Source: Microbacterium sp. (GTDB lineage: Bacteria > Actinomycetota > Actinomycetes > Actinomycetales > Microbacteriaceae). From it: 64,000 nucleotides of DNA. The notes under the pieces are model-generated. The model was not told where the DNA came from, searched no databases, and saw only the letters and a program-made list of their open reading frames with translations. The DNA lies in the NCBI RefSeq assembly GCF_047607465.1, contig NZ_JASGCY010000061.1, positions 15,541 through 79,540 of the forward strand, given 5' to 3'. Of this stretch, positions 55,322-64,000 are shown in pieces. The stretch's first letter is position 1. Each line of letters starts with the position of its first letter. The position numbers and the translations under genes were made by a program.

Positions 55322-56358
55322 TCTTCCAGCCCGTGCTCAACGTCTTCCTGCTCCTGCTGCTGTTCGCGCCGGTGGCGGCGGTGGCCGTGATCGCGATGGT
55401 GCGCCGCCGGGTGGGCGATCCTCCGGTGCTGACCTGGGTCCTGCGCCTGGTGATGATCGTCGCCTGCTTCGCCATGCTGCTGCGCCCTGGAGTTCCCGGG
55501 GGCACGACGCAGAGCCTCGCGACCGACACCGACATCGTGCTCGTCGTCGACACCACCGCGAGCATCGTCGCCGAGGACTGGGACGGCGCGAAGCCCCGCC
55601 TCGACGGCGTCCGAGACGACGTGCAGGCGATCGTCGACGAGTACCCCGGCGCGCGGTTCGCCCTCATCGTCTTCGCCGCATCGGCGGAGCTGCGGATGCC
55701 GTTGACCACCGACACCACGGCGCTGATCTCGTCGCTCGAGGTGCTGCGCCCCGAGGTGACCAGCCGGTCTCGCGGCAGCTCGGTCGGCATCGCCGCACGG
55801 ATGCTCGACGACACACTCACGAACGCCGCGAAGGCGTCGTCGGAGCGCTCGCGCATGGTCTTCTACTTCGGTGACGGCGAGCAGACCGACGGCGGCACGC
55901 CCGAATCGTTCGCATCGAGCGCGGCCTTCACCGACGGCGGCGCCGTGTTCGGCTACGGCACCGCCGAGGGCGGGCCGATGAAGCTCACCACCGGGGGCGT
56001 CGACCCTTCGTCAGGTTCGGGGGAGTACATCCAGTACCAGGGACAGAACGCGCTCTCGACGATCGACGAGGCGAACCTGCAGACGATCGCCGAGCAGCTG
56101 GGAGTGCCGTACCAGCATCGAGAAGCGGATGCCGCGCCGGAGCTGCCGGCGGCTCCGACGACGACCACGACGCTGAGCGAGTCGGGCGAGGTCGGCAACG
56201 TCATCGAGCTGTACTGGGTGTTCGCGCTGCTCGTCGCGGTGCTGCTCGCGGTGGAACTCGCCCGCGCGACGATGCTCGTCGCACGACTGCGGGCGCTGAA
56301 GGCGCCGGTGCCTGAGCCCTCCCCGGTTCCTGAGCGGCACGAAGGAGGCGAATCGTGA
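55318..56358 (+). CDS. von Willebrand factor A domain membrane protein (BatB-like)
   Basis: GTG start overlapping the upstream stop. LVVDTTASI MIDAS-like motif. TM segments at both ends. Confidence 0.8.
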   Translation: MIFQPVLNVFLLLLLFAPVAAVAVIAMVRRRVGDPPVLTWVLRLVMIVACFAMLLRPGVPGGTTQSLATDTDIVLVVDTTASIVAEDWDGAKPRLDGVRDDVQAIVDEYPGARFALIVFAASAELRMPLTTDTTALISSLEVLRPEVTSRSRGSSVGIAARMLDDTLTNAAKASSERSRMVFYFGDGEQTDGGTPESFASSAAFTDGGAVFGYGTAEGGPMKLTTGGVDPSSGSGEYIQYQGQNALSTIDEANLQTIAEQLGVPYQHREADAAPELPAAPTTTTTLSESGEVGNVIELYWVFALLVAVLLAVELARATMLVARLRALKAPVPEPSPVPERHEGGES

Positions 56359-57110
56359 CCGAGACGCAGGCTGCGGCATCCGCTCTTCTCGCGGCGAACC
56401 GCCGACGGCGCAGCATCCGCCGATGGATCGCCATCGGCACGCTGCCGCTGACGCTGTTCGCGCTGTTCTTCGTCGGCAAGATCGTGAGCATGTACGCGCT
56501 CGCGCACCAGTCGATCAGCGCCTACGTCGTCGACGACTACGCCGGCTCCGAGACCGCCGCCCGCGGGCTCGAGTTCGCGAACTGGTTCGAGGCGTTCAAG
56601 GCGCCGTTCGACATCGGCACCGCCCTCGCCGGCGCCGAGGAGCTGCCGGCCGCACGCGCGAAGCTCGAGGAGTCGCTCGCGCTCGCGACCGGGCTCGAGC
56701 AGTGCACCGTGCGCATCAACCTCGCCCTCGTCATCGAGCGCCAGGGGGATGCCGCCCGCGAGGACGGCGACGGCGAGGCCGCGGCGGTTTTCTACTCCGA
56801 GGCCCTCACGGTGTCGGCCGAGACGCCGGAGGAGTGCAGCAGCGACGAGGCGCAGGAGCAGTCCTCCGACCCCGATCGCGACATGCAGCAGACGAAGGAG
56901 GACACCGAGGACCGCCTCAAGCAGAAGCAGCAGGAACAGGAGCAGCAGCAGCCCCAGCAGCCCGAGGAGGAGCAGCAGCAGCACGATCCCACCCCCTCCG
57001 AGGACAAGCTCGACGAGCTGAAGGAGAAGCTCGAGCAGGGCCAGGAGGAGCGCGACCAGCAGGGCCAGGGCGACGAGCCCGGCGGCTCCGGAACGGACAA
57101 GCCATGGTGA
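56355..57110 (+). CDS. Membrane-anchored TPR-like protein with Glu/Gln-rich tail (BatC position)
   Basis: One TM, a short helical repeat, then KQKQQEQEQQQPQQPEEEQQQHD. Confidence 0.55.
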   Translation: MTETQAAASALLAANRRRRSIRRWIAIGTLPLTLFALFFVGKIVSMYALAHQSISAYVVDDYAGSETAARGLEFANWFEAFKAPFDIGTALAGAEELPAARAKLEESLALATGLEQCTVRINLALVIERQGDAAREDGDGEAAAVFYSEALTVSAETPEECSSDEAQEQSSDPDRDMQQTKEDTEDRLKQKQQEQEQQQPQQPEEEQQQHDPTPSEDKLDELKEKLEQGQEERDQQGQGDEPGGSGTDKPW

Positions 57111-58216
57111 TGGATCACGAGAAGCAGCGTCAGCGCTACCTCGCCGGCGCCGAGGGCGCGCCTCCCGTGCCCCCGCCCGGCGGCTACCGGGGGGCGAAGC
57201 GGCAGCAGGGCCCGGTGTTCGCGCCGGGCGGGCCACTGCCCCTGGCCGCAGCCCCCGCTCCGGTCGAGAAGAAGCCGTCGTCGGTCTTCGCGCGCATCGC
57301 GCTCATCGTGGCGATCGTGTTCGCCTCGGTCCTGCTCATCGTCATGCTCGCCGGCGGCGCCGACCTCCTCTACGGCCTCACGCTGTTCGCCCTGCAGCTC
57401 CTCGTCGCCGGACTCGTCGTCGCAGCGCTGTGCACCGCACGAGGACGGATGCTGGGCGCTATCGCCCTGGTCATCACGCTGCTGTTCAACGTGGCCACCG
57501 TCGGCGCGCTCGGCGCGCTGGTCACCTCGGCGCGCGGATCGTATGACGGGGTGAAGAGCGACGAGCAGAAGCATGAGGAGGCTTATCCGGGTATCAAGGA
57601 CGAGAACCCGCAGAACGCCCTCGACCAGCAGTCCGTGGAGGAGATCAGGGCGGCATCCGATGCGCTCTTCGCCGACATCCGTGCCCGGTTGACCGCCGAG
57701 TTCGGCTACGAGTGGGTGCCCGTCGGCGATGAGACGCTGCGTCCGGAGCGCAACGGCTACGGAGGCGAGTCGATGCTCGTCGAGTACGCCTCGGCGGGCT
57801 GGGCGACGACCGAGCCGATCCAGGACTACGACCGCAAGGTCGCCGTGATGGACCTCATCGGAGACATCGTCAACGAGCACGGCATGTACGGTCTGTACGC
57901 CTTCAACGACCCCTTGCAGTCGGGCATCGACCCGACGATCATCGCGAAGATGTACGGCAGCGACGACGTGCGCACCCAGCACACCTGGGAGGCGTACTCC
58001 GACAACTACCCCGAGCCGATGCGGTTCTACGCCGACATCTACGACCTGTCGAACGACGACGACGGCAGCTTCACCCGCACCCGCGAGGCGCAGTCCGCGC
58101 GCACCGGCGAACCGGTCGAGGGTCTGCAGTTCGTCGTGATCGCGAGTGCCGTGCTCAGCGAGGCCGACCGCGAGGAGTTCGAGAAGAGGCTCGAGGAGTA
58201 CCCGGGGTTCTACTGA
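57104..58216 (+). CDS. Polytopic membrane protein with cytoplasmic or extracytoplasmic C-terminal domain, hypothetical
   Basis: Start overlaps the upstream stop. Pro-rich N-terminus, about 4 TM segments, then about 230 aa of acidic domain. Confidence 0.6.
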   Translation: MVMDHEKQRQRYLAGAEGAPPVPPPGGYRGAKRQQGPVFAPGGPLPLAAAPAPVEKKPSSVFARIALIVAIVFASVLLIVMLAGGADLLYGLTLFALQLLVAGLVVAALCTARGRMLGAIALVITLLFNVATVGALGALVTSARGSYDGVKSDEQKHEEAYPGIKDENPQNALDQQSVEEIRAASDALFADIRARLTAEFGYEWVPVGDETLRPERNGYGGESMLVEYASAGWATTEPIQDYDRKVAVMDLIGDIVNEHGMYGLYAFNDPLQSGIDPTIIAKMYGSDDVRTQHTWEAYSDNYPEPMRFYADIYDLSNDDDGSFTRTREAQSARTGEPVEGLQFVVIASAVLSEADREEFEKRLEEYPGFY

Positions 58217-58237
58217 GTGGCGGGGCCGCCTCTCCAC

Positions 58238-58307
58238 GGTTCCTGAGCGCCCTTCGTCTCGTCGCTTCGCTCCTCGCTCAGGAACCGCGAAGCGAGACGA
58301 AGGACTC
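58238..58307. repeat. Palindromic repeat family B, copy 2
   Basis: ggttcctgagcgcccttcgtctcgtcgcttcgctcctcgctcaggaaccgcgaagcgagacgaagg. Confidence 0.75.
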
Positions 58308-58312
58308 CCCGC

Positions 58313-58396
58313 CCGCCGACGCCCCCGCTGGGCTGCGACGCCCCTGTTCAGCGACGTAAATCAGCAGGGGCGTCGCGGCCCAGCTGGGGCGTCGGC
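58313..58396. repeat. Palindromic repeat family A, copy 5 (diverged, arms co-vary)
   Basis: ccgccgacgcccccgctgggctgcgacgcccctgttcagcgacgtaaatcagcaggggcgtcgcggcccagctggggcgtcggcg. Confidence 0.75.
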
Positions 58397-58581
58397 GTAG
58401 GTGGGGGTGGCTCGGAGGGCGGATGCCCCTGACGACATTCGCGAACTTCGCCTCGCCGACCAGCGCTGAGTTCCTCCTCGACACCAGCGCCGCGCATCGA
58501 GTCTCCCGAGAAGGCCCATGGCGGGGCTCCAGGGAAGATACCCCGGGAGCCCCGCCATCCGATTGCCTCAGCCGATCTCGA

Positions 58582-61500
58582 TCACTCGGTCTCGACCAGC
58601 CGACGGCGCCTTGACCACAGCAGCGCGAAGCCGATGCCGAACAGCAGCACACCCAGCGCGACCGGACCGTAAGGCACCTCCGCACCCGTGGTCGGGAGTG
58701 CCACCGGCGGGACCAGCGGGTGCCTTGTGCACAGCGGCGAATCCGGCACGCAGATCGGCTCCTCGCCGGTCCTCGCCACCACGTTGTTGAGCTCGTGGTC
58801 GCCCTGACGGTCGTAGGCCTTGACCACCACGGCATACGTCACCGCAACGGCCATGCCGCTCGCGATCTCGCCCTCGATGACCAGGGTGTCGCCGACGATC
58901 TGCGCGGTGAGCCCTTCGCCCGCCGTCACGGAACCTTCGACGAGCGTCGCGTCGTCGAGCACATCGACCAGGTGGTCCGTGTACGAGATCGCCACGGGCG
59001 CGGCACCCGGAGCGGTCGAGTGGTTCACGAACGCGAGGGTGTAGGTGACCTTCTCGCCCTGGTTGACCTTCGTGCCCGACACCGGGTCGGAGGACTTCGT
59101 CACGGACACGACCGATACCGGGTTCGTGGTGCAGTCCGCACGCTCCGGGTCGGCGGGAACACAGTTCTCAGCGGGCTCACCACCGGTCGGGACCAGGAAG
59201 TTCGCCAACAGGTCATCACCCCGCTCACCATCGGCGTTCACCGTCACCTGGTAGGTGACCGTCGCCGTCGCGCCCGGCTCGAGCGACCCGGTGATGCGGA
59301 AACGCCCATCAGCGATCGCCGAGACGGTCAGACCATCCGCCGACGCAGGGTCGGAGGTCACAGCCGCGTCATCGAGCACCCGGGTCAGCACATCCTCACG
59401 ATCCACCGACACCGCACCGGCACCCGTGTTCTCGAAGTGCAGCGTGTAGGTCAGCACCTGACCCGCCCGCACCGTGCTACCGGATGCCGGGTCGACGCTC
59501 TTCCACGCCTCCAGCTCACCGATCGGATGCTCCGTGCACGACACCTCAGGGTCACCGCACTCCGGGTCGACCGTGCCCGTCGGGAACACGACGTTGTCGA
59601 GGACGTTGTCGCCACGCTCACCGTCTTCGCCAACCGTCACCGCGTAGGTCACCGTGACCGTCTGACCACCCTGCAACGTACCCGTGACCCGAAGCTCACC
59701 ATCCGTGCCATCGCTCGCCGACAGCGCAGCATCGCTCGCCGCCGGCGCCGTGGTGATCGCCGCGTCGTCGAGAACACCCGACAGGTCATCGGTGTAATCA
59801 ACAGCACCCGCGCCCACACCCGTGTTCGCGAACGTCAACGTGTACGACACAACCTGACCAGCACTCACCACCGTCCCCGACACCGGGTCGGAGGACTTCG
59901 TCACCGCGATGTTCGACAGCGGGGTGACGGTGCACTGCGTGTCTCCTGCGGGGCAGGAGGTCGGAGGCGTTGCCCCCGGGGGGACGAGGAAGTTCTGCGC
60001 CACGTTGTCACCGCGCTCCGACTCCGGCTTCACGACCACCTGGTAGGTGATCGTCGCCGTGGCGCCCGTCGCGATCTCGCCACCGATCGTGAAGCGCTCA
60101 TCGACGATGTCGGTCACCGTCACCGAGCTCACATCGGACGAGGGCTGGGTGCTGACATCGGCATCGTCGAGCACGCCGGTCAGCACGTCTTCACGAGAGA
60201 CGGATGCGGTGGCGCCACCGACATTGCGCACCGTGATCTGGTAGGTCAGCACGGTTCCGGCCACGATCGGGTCGGACGACGCCGACACAGACTTCTCGTA
60301 GGTCACACCCCCGATCGGCGTCGTGGTGCAGTCCGGGCGGTCATCGTCGGCCGGGTCGCAGAGGTTGGACGGCGGCGGCGGGTCGTTCGGTCCGAGCAGG
60401 AAGTTCGACGCGATGCTGTCGCCGCGCTCTCCATCCGCTTTGACCGTCACCGTGAAGGTGACCGTGCCGGTCGTCCCCGGGGCGACACTGCCGGTGACGG
60501 CGATGCGGTTGCCGTTCACGGTCGCCGCGAGCCCGGTGGACGCGACGGGCCCGGAGGCGATCACCGCGTCATCGAGCACGTGCGTGAGGTCGTCGACCGC
60601 GTCGATGGTCGCTGCCGCCTGACCGTTGTTCTTGAAGTACAGCGTGTAGGTGAGGGTGCTGCCGGCAACGGCGGGCGTGTCGGATGACGTCACCTGCTTC
60701 CACTGCTCGAGCTCGGCCCCTGGAATGCGCACGGTGTCGCACTGCAGGCCGCCAGGGGCGACTTCGGATGCCGGAACGCACGCGCGGTTGAAGAGCTCAT
60801 TGGTGCCCCCGGCGTTGTAGGTCACCCGGTAGGTCACGGTGGCCGTCGCACCAGCGGCGAGCGGGCCCGACCAGCTGATCGTGCTGCCAGAGAGCGTCGC
60901 GGTTCCGGCGGATGCCGTGATGCTGCCTGCAACCACGGAGCCATCGTCGATCACGTCGCTGAGGTCATCGGTGAAGGTCGCGAGCCGCGCTGCGGTGTAG
61001 TCGCCGGGGCCGGGGTTGGTCACCTGGATCGTGTACTGCACCTCACCGCCGGCTGCCGGCAGCGCGGTGGTGTCGGCGCCCTTCCTGATGGTGAGCTTCG
61101 GCAGGAGCAACTCGGTCTCGGCGCAGGGCTCGCCCGTCACCGCGTCGACCGGCCCCCAGGCGACGTCGTTCACCGTCGGGTCGCACGTCGGCGTCACTCG
61201 ACTGTCGGGAGTGGACGGCACCCACGCGACATTGTGCACCGTGCCGTTTCCGCCCGCCTTGAGCGTGACGGAGTAGGTGAGCGTGACCGTGTCGCCCGCG
61301 GCGAGCGCACCAGTCCACGCCAGCGGGTTCGGACCGCTCAGGGTGCCTGTGCGGTTCGCGGCGGCATTCCCGTTGTACGTGGCGTCATCGAGCACATCGG
61401 TCAGGTCGTCGACGATCACGGCCGGGTAGCCGGTCGTGAAGTCGGTCTCACCGATGTTCGTGGCGGTCACGGTGTAGGTGACGGGGTCTCCGACGCGCGA

Positions 61501-62961
61501 AGCGGCCGTGGCATCCGATTCCTTGGTGATCTTGAGCTTGGGCAGCTCGACGTTCACGGCGTAGTCCTCGACCTCGCCCGAGAGCGACAGGCCGGTCGGA
61601 GTCGACGCCTGCGCCTGGTCCTCCGCGATACGGACTCGCAGGAACGTCTTGGTAGTGCCTCGCGAGTCCACAGCGTCCATCGGAACGGTCCAGACCAGGT
61701 CCACTTGACCGCCGGTGCACTGCACTGTGCCGCTCGCGTCATCGCTATCGAACGTTCCATTGCGATCCCAGTCGAGCCAGGCGGTCACATAGCCGGCCGA
61801 ACACGACACATCATCGATGCGATAGGTCTGTCCAGGAGTGGCCTTCACGGTCGTGACCGTGATCGAGGTCTCGTCGTCGACCCTCGTGGTGTCGTCGAGC
61901 GCAGCATCGGCCGAGGCCGTATAGACGTCACCGTCGCCGTCGACGTACCCCCCGAGCCGGTGCGGAGGCGGACCAGGCACCGTGGGCGTGAAGGCCGCAT
62001 CGGACACGTTCGTGTTGCCGACCGGAACTTCGCCGCCCACCGGAGTCGGCACGAAGAGGCTGCCGGCCTCGCCGTAGCTCGCCGGTGCGTCGCCGTAGTC
62101 CACCGGGAACACGACACCGAGCGCGATCGCGCTGCGCCCACGCCCGCGAAGCTCGATTGCAGCGCTTGCGGTGTTCTCCATCACGGCGACAGCGCTGGGT
62201 CCGTTCCAGGCGGTATTGCCAACAGCCGCGTCGGTGCACTCGACGCCGTCGGGCTCCAAACGCAGCGTGTTATCGCTCGACCGCTTTGCGATCGTCGACG
62301 TAGTGCAACCAGCCGACCGGTAACGCTCTGCAATGAACCAGTTCGCGTTCGGCGCTGTCGGCGTGGCCTGCACATACTCCGTGTCGTTGACGCCGTAGTA
62401 GGTGCTCGACTCAGCATCGGCGATGACGAGACCGGGCAGTGTGAGCGGGGCGCCGTCAAAGGTTGCCGAGCAGCTGAAATCGAACTTGACCGTCGAGCCG
62501 GGAGTGGCGCGATAGTAGTTCGCGAGACCTGCGACCATCTGGTTCGCGGTACCGGTTCCGCCGATGTTGTAGAGGTCGTCGAAGGCGTCACCGCGCCAAG
62601 TGCCGGACTTGTACGTCATCAGCGGGTTCTCGAGGACATCGCCTGCCGCATTGTTCCGCGTGCCCACGATGTTGCTGACCGTGCAGGTGACCGACAGGGC
62701 CTTGCCGTCGATCATTCGCGTGTTCGTCTCGGTCAGCGTTGACGCAGTGATCTGCGTGGCCGCGTCGCCCCATTCGAACCAGTCGATCGCGCCTGTGTAG
62801 GTTCCCGATCCGCCGGTGGCGAAGCGCGCCTGGGCAGTCGGAGCGGTTGCGACCGCCCCGACTGCAGTGAGCAGGGAAGCCACCAGGGCCCCCACCACCA
62901 GAGTGGAAACACGGCGCATCTTTGCGCCGCCAGCAGGACGCCGCTCGTCTTTGTTGTTCAT
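58582..62961 (-). CDS. Very large LPXTG-anchored surface protein with GEVED-type N-terminal region and at least 8 tandem DUF11-like Ig-fold repeats
   Basis: Signal peptide (..VATAPTAQA). SGEVEDYAV. Repeats each carry ..TYT(L/V)..N.G....DDL..VLDDA... C-terminal LPTTG, a TM and RRRR. Start 62961 (MNNKDE) preferred. Confidence 0.85.
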   Translation of the reverse strand: MNNKDERRPAGGAKMRRVSTLVVGALVASLLTAVGAVATAPTAQARFATGGSGTYTGAIDWFEWGDAATQITASTLTETNTRMIDGKALSVTCTVSNIVGTRNNAAGDVLENPLMTYKSGTWRGDAFDDLYNIGGTGTANQMVAGLANYYRATPGSTVKFDFSCSATFDGAPLTLPGLVIADAESSTYYGVNDTEYVQATPTAPNANWFIAERYRSAGCTTSTIAKRSSDNTLRLEPDGVECTDAAVGNTAWNGPSAVAVMENTASAAIELRGRGRSAIALGVVFPVDYGDAPASYGEAGSLFVPTPVGGEVPVGNTNVSDAAFTPTVPGPPPHRLGGYVDGDGDVYTASADAALDDTTRVDDETSITVTTVKATPGQTYRIDDVSCSAGYVTAWLDWDRNGTFDSDDASGTVQCTGGQVDLVWTVPMDAVDSRGTTKTFLRVRIAEDQAQASTPTGLSLSGEVEDYAVNVELPKLKITKESDATAASRVGDPVTYTVTATNIGETDFTTGYPAVIVDDLTDVLDDATYNGNAAANRTGTLSGPNPLAWTGALAAGDTVTLTYSVTLKAGGNGTVHNVAWVPSTPDSRVTPTCDPTVNDVAWGPVDAVTGEPCAETELLLPKLTIRKGADTTALPAAGGEVQYTIQVTNPGPGDYTAARLATFTDDLSDVIDDGSVVAGSITASAGTATLSGSTISWSGPLAAGATATVTYRVTYNAGGTNELFNRACVPASEVAPGGLQCDTVRIPGAELEQWKQVTSSDTPAVAGSTLTYTLYFKNNGQAAATIDAVDDLTHVLDDAVIASGPVASTGLAATVNGNRIAVTGSVAPGTTGTVTFTVTVKADGERGDSIASNFLLGPNDPPPPSNLCDPADDDRPDCTTTPIGGVTYEKSVSASSDPIVAGTVLTYQITVRNVGGATASVSREDVLTGVLDDADVSTQPSSDVSSVTVTDIVDERFTIGGEIATGATATITYQVVVKPESERGDNVAQNFLVPPGATPPTSCPAGDTQCTVTPLSNIAVTKSSDPVSGTVVSAGQVVSYTLTFANTGVGAGAVDYTDDLSGVLDDAAITTAPAASDAALSASDGTDGELRVTGTLQGGQTVTVTYAVTVGEDGERGDNVLDNVVFPTGTVDPECGDPEVSCTEHPIGELEAWKSVDPASGSTVRAGQVLTYTLHFENTGAGAVSVDREDVLTRVLDDAAVTSDPASADGLTVSAIADGRFRITGSLEPGATATVTYQVTVNADGERGDDLLANFLVPTGGEPAENCVPADPERADCTTNPVSVVSVTKSSDPVSGTKVNQGEKVTYTLAFVNHSTAPGAAPVAISYTDHLVDVLDDATLVEGSVTAGEGLTAQIVGDTLVIEGEIASGMAVAVTYAVVVKAYDRQGDHELNNVVARTGEEPICVPDSPLCTRHPLVPPVALPTTGAEVPYGPVALGVLLFGIGFALLWSRRRRLVETE

Positions 62962-63015
62962 CAAAACTGTCCCCTTTGATCCCGGATCCCCCACCCGGAC
63001 ACTCCCTCTGGGCAC

Positions 63016-64000
<985 letters not shown>

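Noticed and set aside
58720-62742. 655-aa and 502-aa plus-strand ORFs
   Set aside because: They are antisense to the LPXTG repeat protein. Their apparent internal repetition only mirrors the DUF11-like repeats on the other strand.

Overview
High-GC actinobacterial chromosome segment; the protein sequences look Microbacteriaceae-like, but that is my inference and no search was run. Real genes were picked from the six-frame track by strong G/C preference at codon position 3 and by recognisable family motifs. Most long antisense ORFs are GC artefacts. Alternative starts were computed by residue counting from track coordinates. Features absent from the track (repeats, RNA) are accurate to about +/-2 bp.

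Layout:
- 1-10.9 kb: accessory, defense-like island. It holds a partial NERD protein, Mrr, an NgoMIV-type endonuclease with an m5C methyltransferase, a MazG/DCTPP1-like pyrophosphatase, a helicase gene remnant, an AAA/DUF4143 ATPase and a SWIM-SNF2 helicase.
- 11-17.7 kb: purL, then LacI, an APC permease and an amidohydrolase.
- 17.7-30 kb: three GH3 beta-glucosidases, zwf-gnd, TetR and an MFS transporter.
- 30-39.3 kb: mixed regulators and enzymes, including a TagD-like cytidylyltransferase, an rRNA-type methyltransferase, IclR with a PLP deaminase and KdgK, and YtrA with an ABC pair.
- 39.4-45.4 kb: a decayed MerR gene followed by a four-gene cassette. The cassette encodes an ECF sigma factor, a small unknown protein, an S8 protease with no signal peptide, and a TPR-CHAT protease. 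I consider this the best candidate for an undescribed system.
- 45.4-45.6 kb: a structured intergenic region.
- 45.7-51.7 kb: chorismate mutase, a lactonase, purA, Phd/VapC, and a second AAA/DUF4143 ATPase flanked by long direct repeats.
- 51.8-58.2 kb: a seven-gene MoxR/DUF58/vWA (Bat-like) operon.
- 58.6-63 kb: a 1.46k-aa LPXTG surface protein.
- 63.2 kb to the right edge: argG (partial).

Two families of palindromic repeats recur through the window, and one copy lies in-frame inside the CHAT gene. I recognised no rRNA, tRNA, CRISPR array, transposase or integrase.
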